Assembly: GCA_002269645.1 (NCBI GenBank)
Contig: NIVC01002041.1
Span: forward strand, 181,652 to 210,093
Direction of reading: 5' to 3'
Origin: Macrostomum lignano
Lineage: Eukaryota
DNA length: 28,442 bases
Shown: positions 1-10,430 of the stretch, piece after piece
Numbering within the stretch: position 1 is the first letter of the stretch
Layout: the number at the start of each line of letters is the position of its first letter
Translations under genes and position numbers: made by a program
Notes under the pieces: generated by a model
What the model saw: the letters and a program-made list of their open reading frames with translations, nothing else
What the model was told of the DNA's origin: nothing
Databases searched by the model: none

Positions 1-407
1 CACCAGTCCTTCAGCCGCTCCCCTCCCACCACCAGTCCTTCAGCCGCTCCCCTCCCCACACCAGTCCTTCAGCCGCTCCCCTCCCCCACCACCAGTCCTT
101 CAGCCGCTCCCCTCCCCCACCACCAGTCCTTCAGCCGCTCCCCTCCCCCACACCAGTCCTTCAGCCGCTCCCCTCCCCCACCACCAGTCCTTCAGCCGCT
201 CTCCCCTCCCCACCACCAGTCCTTCAGCCGCTCCCCTCCCCCACCACCAGTCCTTCAGCCGCTCCCCTCCCCCACCACCAGTCCTTCAGCCGCTCCCCTC
301 CCCCACCACCAGTCCTTCAGCCGCTCCCCTCCCCACCACCAGTCCTTCAGCCGCTCCCTCCCCCACCACCAGTCCTTCAGCCGCTCCCCTCCCCCACCAG
401 TCCTTCA
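1..407. repeat. C-rich minisatellite, ~30-32 bp unit, ~13 copies, truncated by the window start
   Basis: Unit CACCAGTCCTTCAGCCGCTCCCCTCCCC(AC) repeated directly; variation is mainly in C-run length and CAC number. Confidence 0.97.
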
Positions 408-507
408 TTCATACGACACGTCCTGCATTCTGCGTCTACAAATGCCCGAAATACTGTACTATAAGTAGAGCAGCAAGTTTATTACAAGAAAAGCCGAAAT
501 GACCCAC

Positions 508-812
508 CAAAAAGTCGCTGCTGATCCAACAATAAAGCGTGCAAGGACAGGCAAAGGAACAGCTCAACCAGGTCGCACAGACGGGGCGAAACAAAATACC
601 TCGGCATTAGGCGCGGCAGGCCAGCTGAATCGCGCAAATTTAATAGCCACTGTTTGAGCAGCTTTTTAAACTCTAATTCGCTTGATTTGTCTAACAATTC
701 TTGCAGATGTTTGAAATCTTTGGCGGCTTTTTTCGGATCGATTTTGTCGAATAGAAACAGATACAGGCGGTGCTGGAAGCGGAACATCTGCACCAGCTTT
801 GGCAGAGTCTTC
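508..812 (-). CDS. HAUS6: Internal exon of a probable HAUS6 (augmin subunit 6) gene, N-terminal domain
   Basis: Minus frame reads ...FQHRLYLFLFDKIDPKKAAKDFKHLQELLDKSSELEFKKLLKQWLLNLRDSAGLPRLMPRYFVSPRLCDLVELF..., which aligns by eye with recalled human HAUS6 (FHIISYFLFQVLDQSLTKEVFKFCWPPFDQKSDTEFRKHCCEWIKRI...FPQVVGSLFLSP...FIHLM). Acceptor ttcaatgcag ends at 813; donor GTGGGT starts at 507. No database search was run. Confidence 0.65.
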
Positions 813-3800
813 CTGCATTGAATGGATCAAAAATTTTGACATGTAAAAATGTACCATAATTAAATACACCTCACTACTTAACGACTGCTTCCAGGTACTA
901 CACACTGCAGACTTATCTGCCCACTTGGCTTTCTCCTAATTGGGAATATTTAGACCAATCTACCTCTAATTAAACCTAAATAAGCAGGTGCAGATTTTAG
1001 ACATATTATTACTGCTTTAAAATCTTTCTATTTTCTCATAACGCACTGCTATAGGGAAAAAACTAGTGGGAACTCTAAAAACTAAGCACAAATAGTATAG
1101 TATACTAAGTCAAAGTCAACTTACAGGCTGTATTTTACACTTGTTATCTGGTCAAGATTTCCAGGAGAAAATCCAAGTAAAGACAGGTTGTCAAAAAGTA
1201 ATGTTGTCATTTTTGGCTGCAATGGTAGTTAATCATTACATTAATTACAAAAATTTCAATTGAATTATCAATGTTTTTTTAGTTAGAAGCTGTATACACT
1301 ATGGTGCAGTTTAAGTAAAATTGTTATACAACTGGCAACAGGCATTATTACCTATTATACCAACTTGCCTGAGCACACACAACCACATAGATCCATATAT
1401 AGGCATATACACTTCATTGTGCCTGGTGGTTGGTCTTCAAGGGTGCTAACTGCACAAGCAGACCCTAGCAAAGATTCCAATTTAGCTACAAAATTAATGT
1501 GACTTAGAAATGAGCCCAGGCTGCTGGCACATCAAAGCAGCATGCTAGACCTACCTGCTCCCTACATTGTCAATGAAAGCTTATTTCTATCTAGACCTCT
1601 TTGAATAAAACAAAACTCAAAGTTCTTAACTAAACACTTAGTACTAATATAAAAAGCAAATTAAAAGCTGCCAAAATGTTTTTGAATCAAGAAAAATGCC
1701 TATGCTTATTTTATACAAATTGTCTGATATCATTAAAAACTTCTACTTTAGGCATAGTACATATATACATTTTTAATAATTTTTACACTTAAAAAGTTAA
1801 AAAATATATCTAATTGATGTGTTATTAATATACAATCAATTATTCACACCTATCAAAACAGAGCTTCTTTAATAGCAGAACTGTATATACATATCAAGTA
1901 CTTCTTATAAAACCTTGGCTTACAAAGGCAATATTACAAATTAAACCTAGCCAATAATGACTATAAAGATTATATATCAAGAAACACCTAATTTCATTCT
2001 GCTGCCTACTTTTAAATATGTATTAAAAACTGATCTAAACCCTAATCCAACACTCAAGTTTTAGCATACTAGGTCTTATTATAATTGAGGTAAACTATGT
2101 TTACTTTAATAAGAAAAATAAACTAGACATTGACATTGGCTACAGCCAATTCATTTATTCATTTATTATTCATTTATAGTCCCATTATGCATTTTTACTA
2201 AGTCTGAGTTTTGCAAGCATTGTTACAATTTTTTGGCTATTTTGGTTTTATTAGATTTATTCTTATTAAAGTAAAGTATAAGTGCCATTAGCAAGAAGGT
2301 GGGAGAAATCAGCCAACATGCATGTGATACGTGAATAAGCATCTAGTCTTGGCAGTAACTCCCTAGATGCAGAAGACCTACAAGTCTAAAAATAGCCTAG
2401 ATGATTGGCAAGCAAGAAGCCTAGCCATGTGACCCTTGTGTGATGCATGAACCACCTCTGCCAACACTGCCTATTGGGCCTCCAAATCCCACTTTCTTCC
2501 CCTTACTGCTTCTATTCCTCTTTGCTCACATACAGTGTTAGCTTATAAATTAGACTGATTGAAAGGGACAAAGTCCCTAATATAGGCCTAATATAGGTCT
2601 AAAGTCCCTAATTTAGAGATGGGACAAACATTTGGAATATTCAAAATCAAATCAATTGACTAGTTAAGTTAGTTGAAATTAGAATTAAAAAGTTAATCTA
2701 AATACCAAATAGTTGCTTAGATATAGGGCAAAGATTGGGAATAAGTCAAGTTAAGCATTATTAATGTGGCTCATTTAAAAAATAGGGATAGTTATGCTCT
2801 AAAAAGGTAGAAAGATTAGAGGCATAACAATTAAATATGCATTGCCATTGGGACAATTGAAAATTAAAGATTTAAAAAGAAATTAAAAGGACTAAGTTTA
2901 TGCTTAAAGTTTGAATGTTAAAGACTATAGGATTGTAGGTTAATGGCTTATAAATGATATGGGGATAATAAGAAAATAGGAAATATAGCATATCTTGAGC
3001 AAATGCAAGGTTTCTTAAGCAGTTGCAAGTAGATTTTGCTCAGATTTGAGGCTTTAAAAAAAGTGGAGCATTAAGAATTATAAAAATAGAATTAGTCCAC
3101 ATACTATTAAACATGTTATATTTGCTTTGTTGATAGCAATTTACATCTTAAATAAATTCATTCAACTATCAATTAGCAATAGTGGCAAAAGATTGATTGG
3201 CCTAGGTCTAGGTATATTATCAACCAGTTTACAAATTATTTTATCTCAAGTCAAAATTGAGTCAAGGCCTATTTTATTATGCAATTTATGAACATATATT
3301 ATTCAAGTAAAGTGAAACAAACTAATACTTCCATATTATGCCATTTGGCATTTTTCAAGCACTTTGATGTATTTATGTTGCAAAATGTATATTACAAGTG
3401 TTAAAAATTTTGAAAAGGCTAGTGCAGTTTTGTTGGCAAAAATACTTTTCAGAATTTGTGCCAGTTCTGATGATGGCATGACTAGTGCCATTTTAAAATT
3501 TATAATTTGTATCTAGTAAAGTTAGGCCTAAATAATAATTGACTAGGGCTAGTCAATGCATGATTTAGTCTAAAACATGTGTTTAGGCTAATAAATTTAG
3601 GCCAAGGCGAAGCACAAACTTAAATAAACCAATAAGCAAGAAAATATTTTTAATTTTTATTAAAACAATTTTGACTTAGAACATAAACAAGGATAAGGCC
3701 TAAAGATTATATGAAAAATAGTTTTATATTTCCAATACTGTACTTACAAAACACTTAGACCTAAGTCTTTTTTCAAGACCTAATAAGCCTAAAACTAAAG

Positions 3801-3856
3801 TATACATAAAACAAGGCATGTTCTGTCTAGAAGATAATTTGTTTTTTTATAAACAG

Positions 3857-4070
3857 ACATTAGACTATTGTTTACATGTTAATTGCTGCATATAATTGTT
3901 TCATTAAATTGGTTTCCTTTCATTATACCCTTAACTCCATTTGACACTGTTTTGGCTAGTACGAGATATATACTAGTACTATAAAACATTCTATTTAGTA
4001 GGACGGTAATAGCTGCAGAGTATTAGTGAGCATATTTGCTGATTTGCTGCTGTCAAACAAGTCACTATGA
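3857..4070 (+). pseudogene. Decayed Ulp1/C48 SUMO-protease exon (catalytic His and Cys motifs)
   Basis: After acceptor ttttttataaacag, one frame reads H*TIVYMLIAAYNCFIKLVSFHYTLNSI*HCFG*YEIYTSTIKHSI**DGNSCRVLVSIFADLLL. This restores to HWTIVY...QQDGNSCGV by single transitions and matches QVDGYSCGVFVCIYA in the ORF at 7482-7880. Confidence 0.8.
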
Positions 4071-4519
4071 CATTATTAATAGTAATAATGTAATATCATA
4101 GTCTCACTTGAAGATATGGCAAAATTTGCTCCTTAGGTCATCTAATAACCAAAATTTATGTTAGAAGTATGGTAAAGAGGAGGCGGCTTTGCATCACAAT
4201 AGAAGCTTGAAGTTTACCATAGGTAAATAGGCAGGCTTAAACTTGTCACAGTAATAGCTGTAGATAACTACCAACTTATAGCTGTTAATCGCAAGCTTAG
4301 AAAACTAAGTGAAAATTGAAGCAAAAACTTATGCATGCAAAAAACATATAAGAAAATGTGGTAATGTTTTAAAAAGAAATGTAGATAATTTATTATTCCA
4401 GCTTATAATATCAAATGTTGTTTATTATACTTTTAAAATTCTTATAGCAAATGTTTGCCCAGTGAAGTAGCTATTTTAAGACATCCAACCATTCATTTTC
4501 ACTGCATATTCCTTTTCAG

Positions 4520-4567
4520 ATAGAGTGCAAATTTTGTTCTCTTTGGTTTCATGAAGTGTGCATCTAA
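4520..4567 (+). pseudogene. Decayed PHD-finger exon belonging to the same Ulp1-PHD relic
   Basis: ccttttcag|ATA GAG TGC... = IECKFCSLWFHEVCI*, with the same phase-0 exon start as IECPSCLYWYHVQCI at 8038. The 14-mer ATGCATGCAAAAAA (xACKK) at 4331-4344 is identical to 7777-7790. Confidence 0.75.
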
Positions 4568-6093
4568 TAGTCTAACACCCCATTATTTTTACTATGATAT
4601 GGGATTCTGATTTCATATCATTTTCTGCAACTTTGTTACAATATTTATTTCAACTATAATTTTCTATCACATTAGAACTAGAAATTATTTGATTTTACTG
4701 ACTCACATAGCCATATATGCATAATAAGATGACCATCAAGAGTGATCTTTGTCTTTTACCTTCATATGTTCTATCAATTATTCATTTGTTCATAAGATAT
4801 AAGGTTTATGTGCACTTGTATTCATAAATTATTGCTAGGCTTGATAAGAGCCTAATACATAGCTGCATCTTTAGGCCTATTATTATTGACCAAGTGCAAT
4901 TGATAGATAAAGTTTCTATAGGCTGAAAATGTAAAATAGTGCATAGTGCATAGCATATATATAATATGATATATTTCCAACCAACTATCTGAATATTGGG
5001 ATAGATTTCACAATTTTTTCCTCTGTGGTTGAGTATAAGTCTCATGATTATTGGTACAAAAATATAAATATCATATTTTTATAAGATTTGTCAGTGCAGT
5101 TAGATATATACTTGCAGTGTATCCCAATCCCAATCTTTCAAGAGAGGTCTTTATATTTGTTACCCATTTTTTAACAGTTTCTATACTATAGTTTTCAATT
5201 ATACAATATGTTTTGTTTTCTTTTGTTGATTCTTTTTATTTGCAGCCACATTATTTTATATTTTTCAAACCTTTTATTAAAGCTATCAAAACTTTAGCCA
5301 AGTTTTTGGCAATACATACTAAATTTGATACTCGCGCATTTTATTGCCTTGCACTTGCACTTCTATGCATAAATTTAGATACAAGGCCTATTTATCTTAA
5401 TAATATTTGTATTTATCTTTGATGCCATTTTTGCTTTAACTAAATTATAGGCCTATATGTGGCATCAAATTACCAGCACTTAGTTAGCATTTAAATATGA
5501 TTGGTAAGTCTAATTGGTATGTTTTTCTCAATGCTACAATGGGTGTTCTATAAGTAGGTCTATTTATACTTTTAAATGTGGTTAAAATAGGCCTAGGCCT
5601 ATTGTTGCAATCTTGGCACATTTGGAAAGTGGCTTTATTGCTTTATTTTATAGTGCAAAAATCATTTCATTTAATAAATCATTTCATACTATCTCAATAG
5701 GAAACAATGGAATTGGAAAGAGACATACAAGGTGAATGATAGAAACATTAGCTTTTTAGTGTTATGCTCCAGGTGTCCAGACTGTCTGCATAGCCAATAG
5801 TTCTCATCTAAGATATTGAGAAATGAATCAATGAGAACATTGGAGCCTAAAAGCATATAGGTGGCCTAACCAAGGCAAATTAGTAAAATTTGGAAAGTCT
5901 TAGGCCTATCTACTTCAAACTGCTCAACCTAGGCCCCTAACTCTAATTTAGACAATCATCTGTAAATCTTCTACTTTTGCACATTTAATTAGGCCTCTTT
6001 TTTGAAAATTTAACAAATTTTAAACAAAGTTTTAATAAAAGTTTACCAACAATTGGTGAGTTTGTTATATCACACATTTGGTTGCACTAGATA

Positions 6094-6300
6094 TCATCTA
6101 TAGTAGTGTGCTGTAGACCCAGAAAAGTAGGTGGCACAGTGGCGCCACAGAAACTCATCTAGGCGGGTGTCAAACAGGGCCTTGGATATGCCATGCATAG
6201 CCCTGAAGCAATTGCAGGTTTTGGCCATATATATAGGCATAGCCAATAGCCACCTCAAACTAGTAGACATAGACCACCAATCCATACCGCCACATACCAA
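6094..6300 (-). pseudogene. Relic of a Merlin/IS1595(ISXO2)-like transposase C-terminus
   Basis: MAKTCNCFRAMHGISKALFDTRLDEFLWRH resembles the family tail motif (K...HGxS..L..YLDEFxWR). The upstream DDE part and termini are not recognisable. Confidence 0.45.
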
Positions 6301-6973
6301 GACTGTCGCAGCTATTAGTATTACTGGCTATTGGTATTGAGGGGGAGCTACCAATCTAGCAATCTTCTAGCATTGCTATTCTTCTTGTAGGTTCCTCTCT
6401 CGCAGCCTTGTCCTACTGGCTCTCCTACCCACTCATCTCCTTTCTAGGCCTAGCACAATCCAATTACACATTCAGCCAAATTCCTCCCCTAGCTCCCCAA
6501 GCCAGTGTGGTGGTCTTGGTGTGTGGCGGTCTATAGGTCGGTCCTACACCATAAAATCGATGATACACTGCCACGTCTTACATTCGCGCAAGTTTAAATA
6601 TTAAAATATTTTTACTCCCAGTAACTACTAAGGAAGTTATTATTTTTCGAAAAATAATTAAACGTGCGAAAGTAGAGGATTGCCGATCATCCGACCTTAC
6701 CTCACTACTAGGCCTGGCCGCATTAAGATTGACTAAATCGGCGTGAATCCCCAGTGATTCTTGCCAAAATGCCAAGCTTCCAAGGAGTTGAATTAGAATA
6801 CGAGCGTATCACACACTGTCTTTTCTTTGATTGCACGACCGTGGTGGACGAACAAAAAGGTGGTTCCAAAGGTTTCCAATTTCGCTTAAATACGCATTTG
6901 TTTCCGGCATTGATATTCGCATTGATATTCGAATTTTAACAAAAGCAAAATACTAAAAGCAACCCGTAGCATT

Positions 6974-7468
6974 AAACTTTACACAGAGTAAACTGCAACC
7001 GTGAAACGACTATTGGTCAAGTTTCAGCTCGATATGTCACTTTGGCTTTGAGCAGGAGCGATTTTCGATGTGTTCCATTTAAAATACATGTGATTCCAAA
7101 ATTCATACTGATATTCGAGTACAGGTACTTCTGCCTCACCGATCTTGATGAAACTTTACACAGACTAAACTGCAGCCGTGAAACGACTATTGGTCAAGTT
7201 TCAGCTCGATATGTCACTTTGGCTTTGAGCAGGAGCGATTTTCGATGTGTTCTATTTTGTGATTCCAAAATTCATATTGATATTCGAGTACAGGTACTTC
7301 TGCCTCACCGATCTTGACGAAACTTTACACAGAGTAAACTGCAACCGTGAAACGACTATTGGTCAAGTTTCAGCTCGATATGTAACTTTGGCTCTGAGCA
7401 GGAGCGATTTTCGATGTGTTCCATTTAAAATACATGTGATTCCAAAATTCATATTGATATTCAAGTAC
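6974..7468 (+). repeat. Tandem ~170-177 bp subterminal repeats in the left TIR (3 copies, last one truncated)
   Basis: Units start AAACTTTACACAG at 6974, 7151 and 7320; one full unit plus a partial unit appear inverted at 8385-8586. Confidence 0.95.
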
Positions 7469-7501
7469 TGTCTATTCTGATATGAACATGCAAAATTGCA
7501 G

Positions 7502-7838
7502 TCGCCTTCTCGATTCGGTTGTCCTCTTACCTTTCGTGGATTCGGCAGCTCCTTTATTCAGGAAGTGTCAAGACAAGTTCGTAGCCGATACATTGCCCCG
7601 TACAATGCAGGTCGATGGATACAGCTGCGGTGTTTTCGTCTGTATCTACGCCAGGGCGATTGTGCTCGGAAAAGTGCCCTTTTTCAAGCGTGACGCCCAA
7701 TCACTGGAGTCATTTAGACATTACATCTGGGCGGTTATCGAAGTTTACAGTCTCGGAGGGAACCAAGAGTTTTGCCATGCATGCAAAAAAAGCTGTCCTG
7801 ATACATGCAGTCCTGTCGCCAATGCTCCGATCGACTGG
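7502..7838 (+). CDS. Exon encoding the C-terminal half of a Ulp1/C48 protease plus the first half of a PHD finger
   Basis: RLLDS...PRTMQVDGYSCGVFVCIYARAI (Q-x-D-G-x-S-C-G-V-F catalytic Cys motif), then FCHACKK...PIDW; donor TGG|GTAGGT at 7839. The acceptor ttgcag ending at 7501 is inferred. No catalytic His exon is present inside the element. Confidence 0.8.
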
Positions 7839-8037
7839 GTAGGTCCAACAAAAAATATTTTTTCGATTCAGCCTTTTTAAAACAAATATAGGTTTACAAC
7901 ATACGAGTATAGCAAACCCTCTAGATGATTGACAGGATCAAAAAACATAACGCTACTGCCTGAACGACTGGCTGAATGCGTAGCTGTCTGAAATTTGATA
8001 GCAATTATTATGATGCAATGCGACGATTTTTTTCCAG

Positions 8038-8145
8038 ATCGAGTGCCCATCTTGCTTGTACTGGTATCATGTGCAATGTATCAATCGGCCAGTCGAGAAT
8101 TTTATTTGTGAGAACTGCCATACCGTTTTTCTACTACCTGGCTAA
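8038..8145 (+). CDS. Terminal exon completing a C4HC3 PHD finger
   Basis: tttttttccag|ATC GAG TGC... = IECPSCLYWYHVQCINRPVENFICENCHTVFLLPG*. It joins in phase 0 to ...DW across a 199-nt GT-AG intron. Missed by the ORF track. Confidence 0.85.
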   Translation: MECPSCLYWYHVQCINRPVENFICENCHTVFLLPG

Positions 8146-10368
8146 TCTAAATCCGTACTATGCAACTTCAATTCGGAGCACTTCGTTACATTTCTGCTGA
8201 CTATTCATTTGAGCGATATTAACTTTTCTAAGACTACAATGACTTATCTACAGTACTTAAAACATGTTGCCAACTGTTACTTGATATTGTAAATTTTACT
8301 GTTTTATAATTCGTCTCTAAGCTGGCATGCAAATCACCCACATACTGCATGATTTTGACTTTTTACGTTTCTGTTTTCGTTTCTGTCGTTTCACGGCTGC
8401 AGTTTACTCTGTGTAAAGTTTCGTCAAGATCGGTGAGGCAGAAGTACCTGTACTCGAATATCAATATGAATTTTGGAATCACAAAATAGAACACATCGAA
8501 AATCGCTCCTGCTCAAAGCCAAAGTGACATATCGAGCTGAAACTTGACCAATAGTCGTTTCACGGCTGCAGTTTACTCTGTGTAAAGTTTAATGCTACGG
8601 GTTGCTTTTAGTATTTTGCTTTTGTTAAAATTCGAATATCAATGGGGAAACAAATGCGTGCTTAAATTGTGTAGTGCTTTTCAAGCGGGATAGTATTCAA
8701 AATCAAAATTCTCAGTTAAAGTTTAACAATTTTCATGTATGTGAAAGTTTAAGTACTTGTGCAACACCTCTCGTATTTAAATAATCGCGCTAAAAACAAT
8801 TTTTTTACAGAACTTTAGGTCTTTTTCTTTTTTCGCTCTTTCCAGTGGGAAAATTGCTTAAATGATACTTGATACGCGTTCAAATGATATACTTGGTTTG
8901 CAAATTCTGCCATACGTATCCAGGGCAAATAAAGTGCTCATAAAGATATGAAAAAATTTCATATCCACTCGCTGTACTTTTACATGCTTTTTTGACGGAT
9001 AAAGCAGACCAGGCGCGCATCTGCACCTGGTAGTCAGCCAGCTCGCACAGTGCCAGTATAGCTACATGTATGCACAAAGTATTTCGAAATAGTTAGTATC
9101 CGAAACTCTGATTGATGGGTTCGGCTTTTTTTAAGCCTATAGCTTCGGGCCTTAGAACTCAGAAATGAATCACTTAAAGCTCTGGCCTCTCACTCCTGTC
9201 AGATGGTCAGCCCCATGGTAGCTACATTGTGGGCGAGCAGCAAGGTCCTATAGCTAAGAGTAGACAGCGAGAGACAAGCAGGGAGAATTAGATTAACTAA
9301 CCCGCTGCCACCAGTCCGTGCGCCCCGGCTCACCAAACCAGAGCTATCGAAATCGGACTTCCGACTAGAGGGGCAAGGCACTTACCTGCCACCCCCCAGT
9401 CCTCAGTCTTTTAGCTGTCTATCTCGAAGTCATAGCCGAATAGAAGGGACGCTGCTGGGACTAAGATCACATTGGCCATGCAGGGACAGAGAGGACTTTT
9501 GCAGGGGGTTCTTGCGCTGGCGAGCCTTCATACACTACAGAAGTACTATTTCATTACCAAATTCCCAGAAGTACATGTACAAGTACACGTAACTGCACGC
9601 TTTTGGCACTAAATGTGTTAACACGTCGACAGATAGCGATGATGTAGATGCATTGTTACTTTTGGAAACCGTTAGACTAATATTTAATTTTTTTTGCCGC
9701 TTAGCTGCCTGAGACTGCACGAAAGTGCCAGTCTGGCACTTAATTTGCATTCTTGTCGTGATTTCCGAGATCGACTGATTGACCGAGAACTGTGCCGCTT
9801 CCGATCCACTGTGACCTCTGCTCCTAGATCTAGCCGCTCATCCCAGCTGGCATTGCGAAAAAGAAAGAAAACGCTAAGTCTAACTTCCAGATTTAACTTT
9901 CTCACTTAATCCGCAATCCTAAACACCTTAGATAGAGTCAGAGCAAATGGCTACTTTTAGTATTATATGAAACTTTTGCCTCGAGTTTGGCACACAAAAA
10001 GCAAGCAAGCAAAAGTGCAAATCCTATCAGACTACCTAGGAAGGACAAAGGGCGCACCCAGTTAAGCAGGTCAAGAAAGCCTCTCACCAAACCAATCAGA
10101 GGACCTAACTGGCGGTAGCCAAGGGATCCGCAGAGACCGAAACGCTCGGATGGGATGCTGATCTTAGCTGACGAGTGCCGCCGGTACTCTTCACTTGCCG
10201 GTTGCTATCCTGCTCTTTGTTCACGGCCGGGAAGTACTGGTGATGCCTCTCAAGGGGAGCTTAGCTGCTGAAGCCGAAACTGCCGGGGGAAGGGGGACCA
10301 GACGTCGAAGACGCAGCAGATGCCGAAGGGGCCGTCTATAAGACGGGGTTAGGACCGTGCAAGAAGGG

Positions 10369-10430
10369 AGAGCCAAGCCGAGATTCCAATTCAGCCCCAA
10401 ATTAATGTGACTGCACTTGGAATCGAGCCT
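10369..10430 (-). mobile_element. Fragment of the tRNA-derived SINE found at 17881
   Basis: Reverse complement matches ~17932-17993 (B box plus body) essentially exactly. Confidence 0.85.

Larger units (their letters stand above)
900..6530. other. CpG-depleted, TpA-rich, AT-rich block of decayed sequence
   Basis: About 15 CpG in ~5.6 kb by manual count, versus about 22 in the next ~420 bp (6541-6960); the transition near 6530-6560 is abrupt. Confidence 0.9.
6892..8659. mobile_element. Non-autonomous foldback-type DNA transposon, long TIRs, 8-bp TSD, carrying Ulp1-PHD exons
   Basis: Perfect terminal IR ACGCATTTGTTTCC (6892-6905) / GGAAACAAATGCGT (8646-8659); inverted homology continues ~275 bp (8385-8659). 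Direct repeat GCTTAAAT at 6884-6891 and 8660-8667. Superfamily not established. Confidence 0.88.

Noticed and set aside
3467-3495. CTGATGA-TGGCA..TGCCA hairpin
   Set aside because: GAAA is absent, and the site lies in a probable decayed coding stretch.
6754-6939. Plus-strand ORF as the missing His/Asp exon of the Ulp1 gene
   Set aside because: It lies mostly outside the TSD-defined element, lacks an HW motif, and its candidate donor phase does not match the 7502 acceptor.
6886-8665. TTAA target duplication (piggyBac/Kolobok reading of the TIR element)
   Set aside because: That boundary needs two terminal mismatches, whereas the 8-bp GCTTAAAT reading gives a perfect TSD and perfect termini.
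10168-10200. CTGACGA followed by a hairpin
   Set aside because: No GAAA after the stem, so no hammerhead core.
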